From: an uncultured Verrucomicrobiae bacterium
GTDB lineage: Bacteria > Verrucomicrobiota > Verrucomicrobiia > Chthoniobacterales > UBA10450
Direction of reading: 5' to 3'
Assembly: GCA_963726745.1 (NCBI GenBank)
Contig: CAVSDR010000006.1
Coordinates: 640,001-704,000, forward strand
DNA: 64,000 nt
This document shows, in pieces, positions 30,459 through 40,670 of the stretch. The position numbers and the translations under genes are program-made. The stretch's first letter is position 1. The number at the start of each line of letters is the position of its first letter. The notes beneath the pieces are model-generated. The model did no database searches. It was not told where the DNA came from and saw nothing but the letters and a program-made list of their open reading frames with translations.

Positions 30459-32001
30459 GGCAGCGCGTACTAGCAGTGCCCCCCACGCCGCGCTAGCGGA
30501 TTCTCCCGCGGGCTTCGATTGGACGCCTTGGGCCATCCTCGCCGTCGGCGCTTTCCTGCGCCTCTTCCTCCTGGCCTTGAAGCCGCCGCATTTCGACGAG
30601 GGGATCAACGGCTGGTTTGTCGACCAGATGACCAAGAACGGCTTCTACCGTTACGACCCGACGAACTACCACGGGCCGCTCCATTTCTACATTCTCTTCC
30701 TCGCGCAAACGCTCTTCGGCCGGAACCTCTGGGCCTTACGGATGCCGGTGGTTCTCGGCAGTCTCGCGAGCCTCTGGTTGATGTTTAAGTTCGAGCCATT
30801 CCTCGGCCGGCGAGTGGCCCGGCTGGCAGCGCTCGCGATGGCCGTCTCCCCGGCTTTCGTTTTCTACGGTCGCTACTCCATCCACGAAGTTTGGATGCTC
30901 CTTTTCTCCATGCTCTTCCTCCTGGGCTTGATCGGTCTTTGGCGGAAAGGCGAGACCGCCTACCTCTGGTGCACCGGCCTGGGAATAGCCGGCATGATCC
31001 TGACCAAGGAGACTTACATCATCCATCTTGGCTGCGCCCTTATCGCCGGTGGCGTCGCCTGGGTTTCGCACAAGATCACTCCGGCGACGGACGCGAGCCG
31101 CGCCGAACAACAGTGGGGCCACCGCGACCTCCTCCTCGTTATCGGCGTCGGCCTGCTGGCGATCGTCTTCTTTTATTCCGGCACCTTCATGAACTTGAAA
31201 GGTCTCAAGGGACTCTATGAGACTTTCGGCGCTTGGTTCGCCACCGGCACCAATGGCAACGGCCACGAGAAACCCTGGCCTTACTGGCTGGAATTAATCG
31301 GCCGCTACGAGATTCCGGTCGCGCTCGGCTTACTGGCTTGCGCGCTTTGCCAGTTCTTCAAGGAAATCAGCCTGCGTTATCTGGCGATCTACGCGGTCGG
31401 GTTGCTCGCGGCCTACAGCATCGTGCATTACAAGACGCCTTGGTGCATCATTAGCATCGTCTGGCCCTTCTTCTTCGTTTTTGCCGCCGGCATTTATTTG
31501 CTCGAGGCCCGGATTGCCCGGCTTGGCCTGGGACTGGCGGCCCTCGCCCTTCTCCTCTCGCTGGTGCTTTGCGTGCGATTGAACTTCTTTCGCGCGACCA
31601 CCGACACCGAGCCTTATGTTTACGTCCAGACTTACAACGACGTCCGGCTGCTTACCAAACCGGTCTTGGCTTTGGCAAAAGCCGATCCGCGCAACTACCA
31701 AATGGTTGGCCACATAATTCGCGCGAGCGCCTATCCCCTCCCCTGGATGCTGGGCGATTTTCCCAAGGTAGGTTATTACGAGAAGGATTCCCTGCCCTCG
31801 CCGCTCGACGCGGCTTTCCTGCTCGTGCAGGAGGATAAAGTCGCCGGGGTGGAAGCGAAGCTGCACGAGAGTTACTACACCATGCCGCTGACGATTCGGC
31901 CTTACCAGGATACTTCCAAGCTCTACTTAAACGCGCGCGTCTTTAAGGATTTCTTCCAGGGCAAAGTGCCGGACTTCCCGGGAGCAAATCCTCTCCGATG
32001 A
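30457..32001 (+). CDS. GT-C fold membrane protein (PMT/GT39-like, TIGR03663/Agl23-like)
   Basis: PPHFDEGING, YRYDPTNYHGP, TKE, GHEKPWPY, YKTPW, YVYVQT; many TM helices. Confidence 0.8.
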   Translation: MAARTSSAPHAALADSPAGFDWTPWAILAVGAFLRLFLLALKPPHFDEGINGWFVDQMTKNGFYRYDPTNYHGPLHFYILFLAQTLFGRNLWALRMPVVLGSLASLWLMFKFEPFLGRRVARLAALAMAVSPAFVFYGRYSIHEVWMLLFSMLFLLGLIGLWRKGETAYLWCTGLGIAGMILTKETYIIHLGCALIAGGVAWVSHKITPATDASRAEQQWGHRDLLLVIGVGLLAIVFFYSGTFMNLKGLKGLYETFGAWFATGTNGNGHEKPWPYWLELIGRYEIPVALGLLACALCQFFKEISLRYLAIYAVGLLAAYSIVHYKTPWCIISIVWPFFFVFAAGIYLLEARIARLGLGLAALALLLSLVLCVRLNFFRATTDTEPYVYVQTYNDVRLLTKPVLALAKADPRNYQMVGHIIRASAYPLPWMLGDFPKVGYYEKDSLPSPLDAAFLLVQEDKVAGVEAKLHESYYTMPLTIRPYQDTSKLYLNARVFKDFFQGKVPDFPGANPLR

Positions 32002-33722
32002 AGTGGCTTTCCGGCGGGCTCACCTTCGTTAACCTCGCCGTCTGCGCCGCGCTGCTGCTTGGCCTCGCCGCCGGCGGGTTAGGCAGCGGGATCGCACTCT
32101 GCGCTGGTCTTGTCGGCCTCGGCGGAGCGGCCCTGGCTTTCTGGCGGACCGAAAGTGGCGAGGCCTCGGCAACAAATCGTTGCCTCGGATTTTGGCTGCT
32201 GGCTGGCTGCTTCGGCTTTGTCGCCTTCCGTTCATTCTGCTGGCTTATCTTTAGCGACGGCACCGAGCTAAAGGTCCAATCGATTAATAACCTCGGCGAC
32301 CTCTCGCTCCATCTCACCTACATCCGGAACTTTGCCAGCGGCGTCGCCTTGTGGCCGGAAAACCCGATCCACTTTGCCAGTCATCTCCGCTACCCGGCCG
32401 GGACGGACCTGTTTAACTCCCTCCTGCTTCTCCTCGGGCTCGACCTCTATCATGGGCTCATCTGGGCCGGCCTGCTCGGGTCGCTGGCTACTTTCTATGC
32501 GCTCCATCGCTGGGGCGGTAATTTCGCGATCGCCGGCTTTCTTTTTAACGGCGGCCTTGCCGGCTTGCAGTTCTTCCACAGTTGGAAACTGCTCGATTAC
32601 CAGGGCGACAAGAGCGTTGCCTGGAAAAGCCTGCCGCTTTCCATGCTTGTGACCCAGCGCGGCCTGCTTTACGCGCTCCCCGCCGGTTTGCTGCTCCTGG
32701 CGAGCTGGCGTTCCCGTTACGCGGAGGAAAAAAAGGCGCCGCTCCCCTTTTGGCTCGAGCTCTCGCTCTATGCCTCGATGCCACTTTTCCACATCCATAC
32801 TTTCATGGCCTTAAGTATCGTGGCCGCCTGCTTGTTTGTCTTTGCGGAGCGCCCCTTGCGCCTCTACTTCGCGAAGCTGGTGGGGCTGGCTTTTCTCCCC
32901 GCGACCTTCTTTGTCTGGACGATTACGGATCACTTCCAAGCCAGCTCGCTACTGACCTGGAAGCCGGGCTGGGTGCAGAACAATGGCGACTTCGCGATGC
33001 CTTTCCTTAAGTTCTGGCTGTTTAATTTCGGTCTCTGGCCGGTCTTCGTGTTTCTTCTCCTGGGTTTTTGTTTCTGGCAGGCCGGAAAAGCCAGGCGAGT
33101 AACTCCCAGCCTGGCTTTTCTCCTCCCGGCCAGCTTGCTGTTTATTTTCGCCTGGCTGGTGAAGACGGCGCCTTGGGAATGGGATAACATCAAAATCATC
33201 CTTTGGGCTTACCTGATCATGCTTCCTTTTCTTTGGCGGGAGTTGGTGGCCCGCTGGTCGATGCCGGTGCAAGTTGCTGTCTGTTTGGCGCTCTTTAGTT
33301 CCGGCGCGCTTTCCTTGCTTGGTGGTTTGGTCAGCAACCAAAGCGGTTTCGGTGTAGCTAACCGGGCCGAGCTCGACGCCGTCGGCGTAGTGGTGGCGAC
33401 GCTCCCGCCGGAAGCGCGCTTCGCGGCCTTCCCGACTTACAATCACCCGCTCCTGCTCCAGGGCCGGAAGGTGGTCCTGGGTTATCCCGGTCATCTCTGG
33501 ACCCAAGGCTTTGAGTATGGGCCGGCGATGGAGCAACTGAACGCGCTCATGCTGGGCGCACCCGGCTGGCGCGACACGGCCGGCAAGTTGCGCGTGCGTT
33601 ATCTCTTCTGGGGACGCGAAGAAAAGGCGAACTATGCCCGCAGCACCCGGCCTTGGGAACACGAGGCGACGTTAGTCGCAGAGGGCGACTGGGGCGCGAT
33701 CTACGATCTCGGCACTCGTTAG
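31998..33722 (+). CDS. polytopic membrane protein, putative GT-C glycosyltransferase
   Basis: More than 10 TM helices; GDLSLH...WPENP...YP, WEWDNIK, LGYPGHLWTQG; overlaps the upstream stop (atga). Confidence 0.75.
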   Translation: MKWLSGGLTFVNLAVCAALLLGLAAGGLGSGIALCAGLVGLGGAALAFWRTESGEASATNRCLGFWLLAGCFGFVAFRSFCWLIFSDGTELKVQSINNLGDLSLHLTYIRNFASGVALWPENPIHFASHLRYPAGTDLFNSLLLLLGLDLYHGLIWAGLLGSLATFYALHRWGGNFAIAGFLFNGGLAGLQFFHSWKLLDYQGDKSVAWKSLPLSMLVTQRGLLYALPAGLLLLASWRSRYAEEKKAPLPFWLELSLYASMPLFHIHTFMALSIVAACLFVFAERPLRLYFAKLVGLAFLPATFFVWTITDHFQASSLLTWKPGWVQNNGDFAMPFLKFWLFNFGLWPVFVFLLLGFCFWQAGKARRVTPSLAFLLPASLLFIFAWLVKTAPWEWDNIKIILWAYLIMLPFLWRELVARWSMPVQVAVCLALFSSGALSLLGGLVSNQSGFGVANRAELDAVGVVVATLPPEARFAAFPTYNHPLLLQGRKVVLGYPGHLWTQGFEYGPAMEQLNALMLGAPGWRDTAGKLRVRYLFWGREEKANYARSTRPWEHEATLVAEGDWGAIYDLGTR

Positions 33723-34533
33723 GAGCGGACGCGTCGCCGGCGCCAGTTGGTCCGGGCCCAGGACGACTTGCCGCACCTTCAGCTTTTGCGCGACAAAGTA
33801 AGGCACGCCGCCGCCCGGGACAATGTCCTCCGCAGCGAGAAACACGATCAGCTTGCCTTCCCGGCCGTCGCTGCGATACCCGCGCACGATCTGCTCCGCG
33901 GCGAACTCTTGCCGGAGGAGTTGTGCGCGATAGGCCGCCGGCAGGTCGGGCTCACGGCCGGCCATCCGCTCTGCAAAAACCTGGTAGCCCTCGCGCGGCG
34001 TCTTGTAACCCGCGGGCAGAGAAGCCGCGCTCTTCACTCGTTAGGTTCTCGCCGCGCGCGACTTTTTCCCGCAGCGGTCCCGGCAAACCGAGCGCGAGCT
34101 GCGGCACCCCGGCAAGCTCGCGCAGGACTGCGCGGCAATGCTCGCGCGCCCGCCCGGTGCCGCCGACCTCCAGACGACTGACCAACTCGCCTCGCGCGCT
34201 CCCGTTACGTCCAGTCAGGTCGTCGAGCAGCGGCTGTTGCGTCGCGGCCACGCTCCCCCAGGCGATCACCAGCGGCAGGCCGCTCTGCTGCGCCGCTTCC
34301 ACCAGGAGGGCGGCAGGCTCTGCGCGGGCGCCGAAGACGGCGCGTTCCTGCGGGAAGTAGATAATGTCGGCTGCGCGCACGAGCGCGCTGTAATCGGTCG
34401 CAGCCGCAGGACCGCCGGCGTGCTCGATCGAGGAATGGCGCGGCAAAGGCGGCTGCGAGGAAAAAAGGGCGCACCCCCCGAAGGCGACGGCCAGGGTCGC
34501 AAGTAGCACTAGCCTAACGAGTCGTCTAGCCAC
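33672..34533 (-). CDS. putative lipoprotein, ChaN-like (frameshift near 34020)
   Basis: Lipobox FGGC; ADIIYFP...LREKVARGE then LPAGY...FAERM...AYRAQLLRQEFAAEQI in a second frame. Confidence 0.55.
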
Positions 34534-35344
34534 AGCGTTCCGGAAGGCGAATGGGCGGAGCGCAAGCCTCCGCGGAAGCAGCCGCGAACCGCCGGTGAGT
34601 TCGCCAGCCAGCCGCGAGAATGCGGCAGCCGATGGCAAAAGTGCGCCGCCAGTTCACCCCCGAGACCTTCTGCTCCCCGGCGCGGCGCGGACGCTCGGCG
34701 GCGTTCGTTTCCAAAATCCCCGCGCCCAGCCGCGCTGCGGCCACCTGGGCCTCGATCGTCCAGCCAAAGGTCATCTCGCGCGGGGCGATTCGCTCGAAGA
34801 GCGTCCGCTCAATCAAGCGCAACGGCGCGAGGTCGCTGAACCAGCGCCGCCCGAGCAAAGCCGCCCAAAGGCCCAAGGAAAAATTAGCCAGCACATGCGA
34901 CCAGCCCATGATTCGCCAATTCCTCCGCAAACGGGTGCGCGCGCCCAGGACAAGCGCGTAGCCCTGCTCCCACGCCCGGCTGAGCACGAGCACATCGGCC
35001 GGATCGCTGGCGCCATCACCGGCGAAAAAAACGTAAGCCCGCACGTCCGGCGCGACCGCCGCGAGCGCATCGATGGCCGCCTGGCAGCCGTGGCCATAGC
35101 CGCGCGCCGTGGTCTCGGCCACGACCACCGGATAACGCCGGGCGATTTCCGCGGTGCGATCGCAGGAAGCGTTCACACCCACGGCGACGATAAATTTCGG
35201 GGAAGCCAACGCGGTCAACAACTCCTCGAGGACGGCGCCGATGCAGGCCTCCTCGTTGCACGCCGGGATGACGATGGCGATGCGCGCTTCCTCCGCCGGG
35301 CGCGGGACGCGGCGAGCGGTCGGAAGCAGAATGGAGGAGTTCAC
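34526..35344 (-). CDS. family 2 glycosyltransferase
   Basis: IVIPACNEE, GYGHGC, AGDGASDP, LVLGAR, FGWTIEAQ. Confidence 0.85.
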   Translation of the reverse strand: MNSSILLPTARRVPRPAEEARIAIVIPACNEEACIGAVLEELLTALASPKFIVAVGVNASCDRTAEIARRYPVVVAETTARGYGHGCQAAIDALAAVAPDVRAYVFFAGDGASDPADVLVLSRAWEQGYALVLGARTRLRRNWRIMGWSHVLANFSLGLWAALLGRRWFSDLAPLRLIERTLFERIAPREMTFGWTIEAQVAAARLGAGILETNAAERPRRAGEQKVSGVNWRRTFAIGCRILAAGWRTHRRFAAASAEACAPPIRLPERCG

Positions 35345-35391
35345 CGGGAAAGTGTTACGGATGAGCGAAGGGGCGGGTTACCCTTCTTCTA

Positions 35392-35811
35392 TCACCGAGC
35401 GAGCGCCAAGACCAACTGCCCTTCGGCCACCGGCACGCCCTCGACCGAGGCGCGCACGGAAAACTGCCGCAGCTCGCCCATGGTCCCGATCTGTTCCGCG
35501 CGCAGCGCGATGACTTCTGCGGGGCGCGCCGCGCGGTGGAATTTCATCCCGCGAATCGCCGAGAGCAGGAAAAGCGGCCGCGCATTCTCCGGAAAACCGG
35601 AGGCCGCGGTGATGCCGGCTATTTGCGCCAGCGCCTCGGTCAAGATCACGCCCGGGACGAGCGGGTTGCCCGGGAAATGCCCGGCAAACATCGGGTCGCC
35701 CGCGTCAAACCAGGTCGCGCCCTCGGCCCACACGCCGGCCTCGAGGGCGCGCAACTCGCGCACGAAAACGAAGGGCGGCCGATGCGGCAGGCCAAGAAAT
35801 TCCGCCTCCAC
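35392..35811 (-). CDS. 3-hydroxyacyl-ACP dehydratase FabZ/FabA family
   Basis: LPHRPPF, FAGHFPGNPLVPGVILTEALAQ. Confidence 0.88.
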   Translation of the reverse strand: MEAEFLGLPHRPPFVFVRELRALEAGVWAEGATWFDAGDPMFAGHFPGNPLVPGVILTEALAQIAGITAASGFPENARPLFLLSAIRGMKFHRAARPAEVIALRAEQIGTMGELRQFSVRASVEGVPVAEGQLVLALAR

Positions 35812-35812
35812 C

Positions 35813-36277
35813 TCAACCGTTCACGAAGTAAGCAAACTTCCAGCTGCCGTTGACCCGCCGGATGCCGGCGCGGTAGCCGGTGTAATCGACCGTGGGATTC
35901 GCGAATTGCGCGGGTGCGACCATGTAATCGCCCTTGGTCACGAAATTTTCCGTGATGATGCCCTCGAGCTCCGGCCAGAGGCCGTTCTCATCCCAATAGC
36001 GGAAGACGCCGTCGCCTTTGCGATCGGCCTCCGGGGTATCGCCCATGACGAAGGCAAAATCTTCCGTCATCATCGAGGCGATCGTGTGCACGTCGTGCGC
36101 CTCGATCGCCTTTCGCAAGCGCCCGAGGAAAGCATTGAAGTCCTGGTCCGCGGTCGGCTGGGCGGGTTGCTCTTTCTTGGTCTGGGCCGGCTCTTTTTTC
36201 TCCTTCTTCCCCCCGGAGCTTTTACAGCCGGCGAGGAAGACCGCGGAGAGGAGCAAGGAAAGAGCGAGGCGTTTCAT
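35813..36277 (-). CDS. hypothetical lipoprotein
   Basis: MKRLALSLLLSAVFLAGC lipobox. Confidence 0.75.
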   Translation of the reverse strand: MKRLALSLLLSAVFLAGCKSSGGKKEKKEPAQTKKEQPAQPTADQDFNAFLGRLRKAIEAHDVHTIASMMTEDFAFVMGDTPEADRKGDGVFRYWDENGLWPELEGIITENFVTKGDYMVAPAQFANPTVDYTGYRAGIRRVNGSWKFAYFVNG

Positions 36278-36312
36278 GTCGCGACAACGTCTTGCAGGTT
36301 CCCCCGGTGGAT

Positions 36313-37071
36313 TCAAGGCTGGCGTGCGCGCGCGCCTCCGTGCTGGTGACCGCCATGGCGCCGCTTTTGCAGCGGATGGCCGATGAAGATGAAATACATC
36401 GTCTTGAAGAGATCGCGGAAACTGCACGCTGGACTCGTTAGGCGACCCTCGCCCCGGCGCAGTGCGGCGAAGATATTCTCCGCGGTCAGCGCCGGCGGAC
36501 GCGGGATGCTGGTGTAGTGGTGGCCAAAGGCGCTCAATTGATGCGCATCGGACGTCGCCAGAAGTGGTCGGCTAAATTCTGCGGCAATCCGTCGCGCCGG
36601 GCGGTTACGATCGAACCAGCCCTTGTGGAAATGGCAGATCTCGATCGCATCGAAGCAATCGATCTGGGCCCGCAGGCGCGCCCCGCCGATGGAGCCGCCC
36701 ATGACGTAAAAGGGGTGCGGCGCGAAGGTAAAGAGCGAGTCCCCGCGCGCCGCGCGCAACCGGCGCAGATCGTCGAAGTCGTGCAGCCCCGCCGCTTCGG
36801 CCGCGGTCACGTTGAGCAGCACCACGTCCGCCCCGCGCAGCCGCATTTCCGCCGCCGGGATCAACAGGATGCCCATGGCCGCGGCATCGGCGAAGACTTC
36901 CGCCCGGTCGAAGACCGAGTCATGCAGGGTAATAGCCAGCACTTTGATCCCGAGCGCCCGCGCGCGCTCGAGCAATTGATGCGCGGTGTAGTCGAGGAAA
37001 TCCTTGGTGTCGTCGAGCGTATGGATGTGCAGGTCGAGCTTGATCGACTCTGGTTCCGGCGGCGGCGACAT
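36313..37071 (-). CDS. PHP domain metal-dependent phosphoesterase
   Basis: DLHIHT, AITLHD, PHP, SDAH. Confidence 0.85.
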   Translation of the reverse strand: MSPPPEPESIKLDLHIHTLDDTKDFLDYTAHQLLERARALGIKVLAITLHDSVFDRAEVFADAAAMGILLIPAAEMRLRGADVVLLNVTAAEAAGLHDFDDLRRLRAARGDSLFTFAPHPFYVMGGSIGGARLRAQIDCFDAIEICHFHKGWFDRNRPARRIAAEFSRPLLATSDAHQLSAFGHHYTSIPRPPALTAENIFAALRRGEGRLTSPACSFRDLFKTMYFIFIGHPLQKRRHGGHQHGGARARQP

Positions 37072-37256
37072 GGACCACGATGAAAGCAGACCAGAGGCCA
37101 TTCAACCCGCGGAGACCGGTTAAGAATTTTCGCGGCCGGCTGTTCCAGGCTTGACCCGGAACAACACCTTCAAGTAGGCCATCTCCTCGTCACTACCCCC
37201 GCCGCGGCTGGCGCTGCGGCTGGGCGCCCCCTCCTCCTCCTAACTCCGCCCCCCTT

Positions 37257-39848
37257 ATGAAGCTCTTTTCCTTGCACCCGCGGTGTGTCCTGCCTGCGGC
37301 TTCGCTCCTCGTTCTGGTCTTCTTTTTGCAACCCGAGGCTCGCGCGCAGCGCGAGACGCGCTCGAGTGCCTCCGCCGCCGGCGCGCAGGTCGGCGTGCCC
37401 GAAGCCGGCGCCGTCGCGATCAGCGCCACCACGGCCGAGATCATGGCCAACCCCAAAGCCACCGCCCCGCGCGACATCCAGTGGATCAAGCGCGAGCGCG
37501 ATGTCCCCGGCCGGGAGAATCGCCCGCCGCATCCCGCGGCCCAGCCAGTCTCGGGTTACCCGGAGGCCAGCGCTCCGGCCGAGCCGCTCCGCCGCGCGCT
37601 CCAGGTGGACGCTCCCCAAGCTGTCGGCACCAACTTTGCCGGCGCCACCCTGGCCGAGACCTTTTCCGTTCCGCCCGATTCCATGGGCGCGGTCGGCCCT
37701 TCGCAATTTGTCGTCTTCGTGAACGGCCGTCTCCGCACCTTCAACAAAAACACCGGCACGCCGGACGGCGTGCTCAATGCCAATCCCGACGTCTTTTTCG
37801 CCCCGGTCATGACCCCGGTGGTTTCGCCGGTTCTGCAAAACTTCACCAGCGATCCGCAGGTGCGCTACGATCGCCTCTCCCAGCGGTGGTTCCTCATCAT
37901 CATCGATGTCCCCTGCACCGACGCCTCCTGCGTCAGCACCGCGCCCAACCGCGTCCTCGTGGCTGTCTCCGATGCGGCCAGCGCGGGCGTGCTCAGCAAC
38001 ACCACCGTCTGGTCGTATTTCTATGCGCAACAGGACACCGTCGGCGGGGCGAATACGAATGAGTTCCTCGATTATCCCTCGCTGGGCGTGGACAAGAACG
38101 CGCTCTACATCGGCGGGAACATGTTTGACGCCACCGGCGGCACCTTCAACGGCTGCTCCGTTTTCGTTGTCCGGAAAAGTTCGATCCTGGGGGCGGGTCC
38201 GATCGTCACGACGGCTTTCCGCGGGGTGGTCCCTTCTCCAAGCTCCGACGGCCCTTACTCCCCGCGCGGGGTGGACAACTACGACCCCAGCGCCACGGAG
38301 GGATACTTCATCGGCGTCAGCAATGCGTTTAGCGGCAGCCTCATTCTTCGTCGCATTACCAATCCCGCAGGCACGCCGACGATCTCGGCGAATATCCCTT
38401 TCGCCGTTTCCAGCACTGCGGCTCCCATCCCGGTGGCTCACCTCGGCAATACGGGAGGCAATAACGGCCGACTCGATGCCCTCGACGATCGCCTTTACGC
38501 GGCCCACATCCGCAATGGCCGCCTCTGGACGGCGCACAGCATCGCCGTTGCCGCCACAGGCGTAGCTTCGGGCACCAACAGCGCCCGCCGCACCGCGGTG
38601 CGCTGGTATGAGTTGAATGTCCCAGCCACCACCGGCACGCCCACCGTAGTCCAGTCCGGCACGGTCTTTGACAGCGCCAGCACCGTCGCGGCCGCACGCC
38701 AGTTTTGGATCCCTACGATTATGGTTTCGGGGCAAGGCCACGCCGCCCTCGGCTTCAGCACCGCGGGCACGCCAAACTACGCCAACGGCGCCGCCAACGG
38801 GCGCCTCAAGAACGACACTCTCGGCACGCTCGGCGCCTTTAGCCTGATCAGCGCCAGCTCCACGGCCTACAATCCAGCGAGCGATCCCGGCGGCACCTCC
38901 GGCCGGCGCTGGGGCGATTACTCCTACACCAGTCTCGATCCGAACGACGACATGACCATGTGGACCATTCAGGAGTATTGCGACAATACGAACTCCTACG
39001 CCGTCCGCGTCGCCCGCTTGCTGGCCCCGCCCCCCGCGACTCCGGCTTCCACCAATAGCAGTGTGCCGCCTAACCAGTCCTCCACCAGCGTCGTGCTCAC
39101 CGGCACCTCCACCGCCGGCTCCGGCTTCTTCGATCCCGGCTCCGGTTTTGCCAGCCACATCAACGTCACCGTCAGCGGCGGCGTCGTCGTGAATTCCATC
39201 ACCTACACCGACCCGACCCACCTGACGCTCAACCTCGACACCACCGGCGCCACCACTGGCGCGAAGAACGTCACCGTGACCAATCCCGACGGCCAGGCGC
39301 TCACCGGAAACGGCATTCTCACCGTGGGCAATCCGCTTGTCCTCACCAGCGCGGCCTCCCGCCTGACCCACCAGAATGGCGGCGGCGATTTCGACATCGT
39401 CTTGCCCCTCAGCGGGACCGCCGGGGTCGAGCCGCGTAATGGCAACGGCAGCTACCTCCTCGTGCTGACCTTTGACCATCCGATCAGTGCCGGCAGTGCC
39501 GCCGTCACTTCCGGGACAGGCACCGCTGGAGCCATCACTTTTAGCGGCAATGAAATGCGGATTCCGCTCACCGGCGTGACCGATCAGCAAGAAACCACCG
39601 TTACCGCCACCAACGTCAGCGGACCGGGCACCATCACCCTCGCTTCCACCGTCGTGAAGGTGGGCTTCCTCATCGGCGATGCCAATACCGACCGGATGAT
39701 CAACTCGGGCGATGCCATCGTGACCCGCAACCGCTCCTCGGCCGCCCTCGATGCCAATACCTGCAAGTCAGATGTGAACCTCGACGGCCTGATCAACACC
39801 GGCGATACCATCATCGTGCGCAACCGGGCGGGTAACGCCCTGCCTTAG
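37257..39848 (+). CDS. secreted protein with Ig-like domain and C-terminal dockerin-like module
   Basis: Signal peptide, PPDSMGAVGP, DYP.LG, RWGDYS, VTVTNPDG; SRLTH...FDIVLPL...GVEPR...GDANTDRMINSGD...DVNLDGLINTGD. Confidence 0.85.
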   Translation: MKLFSLHPRCVLPAASLLVLVFFLQPEARAQRETRSSASAAGAQVGVPEAGAVAISATTAEIMANPKATAPRDIQWIKRERDVPGRENRPPHPAAQPVSGYPEASAPAEPLRRALQVDAPQAVGTNFAGATLAETFSVPPDSMGAVGPSQFVVFVNGRLRTFNKNTGTPDGVLNANPDVFFAPVMTPVVSPVLQNFTSDPQVRYDRLSQRWFLIIIDVPCTDASCVSTAPNRVLVAVSDAASAGVLSNTTVWSYFYAQQDTVGGANTNEFLDYPSLGVDKNALYIGGNMFDATGGTFNGCSVFVVRKSSILGAGPIVTTAFRGVVPSPSSDGPYSPRGVDNYDPSATEGYFIGVSNAFSGSLILRRITNPAGTPTISANIPFAVSSTAAPIPVAHLGNTGGNNGRLDALDDRLYAAHIRNGRLWTAHSIAVAATGVASGTNSARRTAVRWYELNVPATTGTPTVVQSGTVFDSASTVAAARQFWIPTIMVSGQGHAALGFSTAGTPNYANGAANGRLKNDTLGTLGAFSLISASSTAYNPASDPGGTSGRRWGDYSYTSLDPNDDMTMWTIQEYCDNTNSYAVRVARLLAPPPATPASTNSSVPPNQSSTSVVLTGTSTAGSGFFDPGSGFASHINVTVSGGVVVNSITYTDPTHLTLNLDTTGATTGAKNVTVTNPDGQALTGNGILTVGNPLVLTSAASRLTHQNGGGDFDIVLPLSGTAGVEPRNGNGSYLLVLTFDHPISAGSAAVTSGTGTAGAITFSGNEMRIPLTGVTDQQETTVTATNVSGPGTITLASTVVKVGFLIGDANTDRMINSGDAIVTRNRSSAALDANTCKSDVNLDGLINTGDTIIVRNRAGNALP

Positions 39849-39863
39849 CGCAATTTTTTTCAC

Positions 39864-39907
39864 CGCCCGCCGGGTCGCGCCTGGGGCGCCGCACGGCGGG
39901 CGTTTTT
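39864..39907 (+). terminator. intrinsic terminator
   Basis: CGCCCGCCG...CGGCGGGCG followed by TTTTT, between convergent genes. Confidence 0.6.
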
Positions 39908-39913
39908 GTTTCG

Positions 39914-40447
39914 TTAGGCGCCGGGCGCGCTTTTCTTCGCCGCCTCCAGGATCATCTGGCGGAAGGCGTCGCCGGCGGCTTTCACCGTCGCCGCCGGGCC
40001 GGTCAGCTTCACGTAAACATCGCCGCCCGCATCCTCCAGGATCGCGCCGCGGAGCGCGTAGTCGGCCATCGGTTGCGTCGGACCGCCCGGCATCCCGCTG
40101 CTAAAAGTTCCCTCGGTGGTCGCGAAGGTCACCTTTACCGCGCCCACCTGAACCATCTCGGTTTTTTGTTTCGCTTCACTCCCGGCGAATTGGCCAAACC
40201 AGCGCTGGACGTTATCCGTCGCCGTCCCGCTCCCGCCGCCAAAGTGAAAGAAAGTCACGTCCGCCTTGGCCGCGTCCTGGCCCACTGCGAGCTGCGCGTT
40301 CCGCATCGGCGAACTCGGCTCCACTTTTTGCCAGCCCTCCGGCACGGCGAAGGTGAACGCCGCCACCTTGAAAGACTCGCCCGCGTGCAGCGGCGCCGCG
40401 GCGAGCAGGAAATGAAAGGCCAGCAAGGCGAGGAATCGTGAGCTCAT
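39914..40447 (-). CDS. secreted hypothetical protein
   Basis: Signal peptide; VPEGW...SSPMR...NVQRWFGQF...YVKLTGP. Confidence 0.75.
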   Translation of the reverse strand: MSSRFLALLAFHFLLAAAPLHAGESFKVAAFTFAVPEGWQKVEPSSPMRNAQLAVGQDAAKADVTFFHFGGGSGTATDNVQRWFGQFAGSEAKQKTEMVQVGAVKVTFATTEGTFSSGMPGGPTQPMADYALRGAILEDAGGDVYVKLTGPAATVKAAGDAFRQMILEAAKKSAPGA

Positions 40448-40567
40448 GCAGGACCTTGCCGCAACTGCTGCGCCCCGTCCAAGGCCGCAAAAAACAAAAC
40501 GCCGGCTCTCTTGCTTTCTCGTGTTGCTGACTAAATTGGAGGCCGCGCAAAACTCTGCGCCCACTCC

Positions 40568-40647
40568 GCTCGGGTGGTGAAATGGCAGACACGTACGTTT
40601 GAGGGGCGTATGCCGCAAGGCATGGGGGTTCAAGTCCCCCCCGAGCA
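40568..40647 (+). tRNA. tRNA-Leu (GAG)
   Basis: GCTCGGGTGGTGAAATGGCAGACACGTACGTTTGAGGGGCGTA, long variable arm, GGGGGTTCAAGTCCCCC; no encoded CCA; the C-run appears one base short. Confidence 0.92.
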
Positions 40648-40670
40648 CTTCTTTGCGCGGCGTTCCGCGC

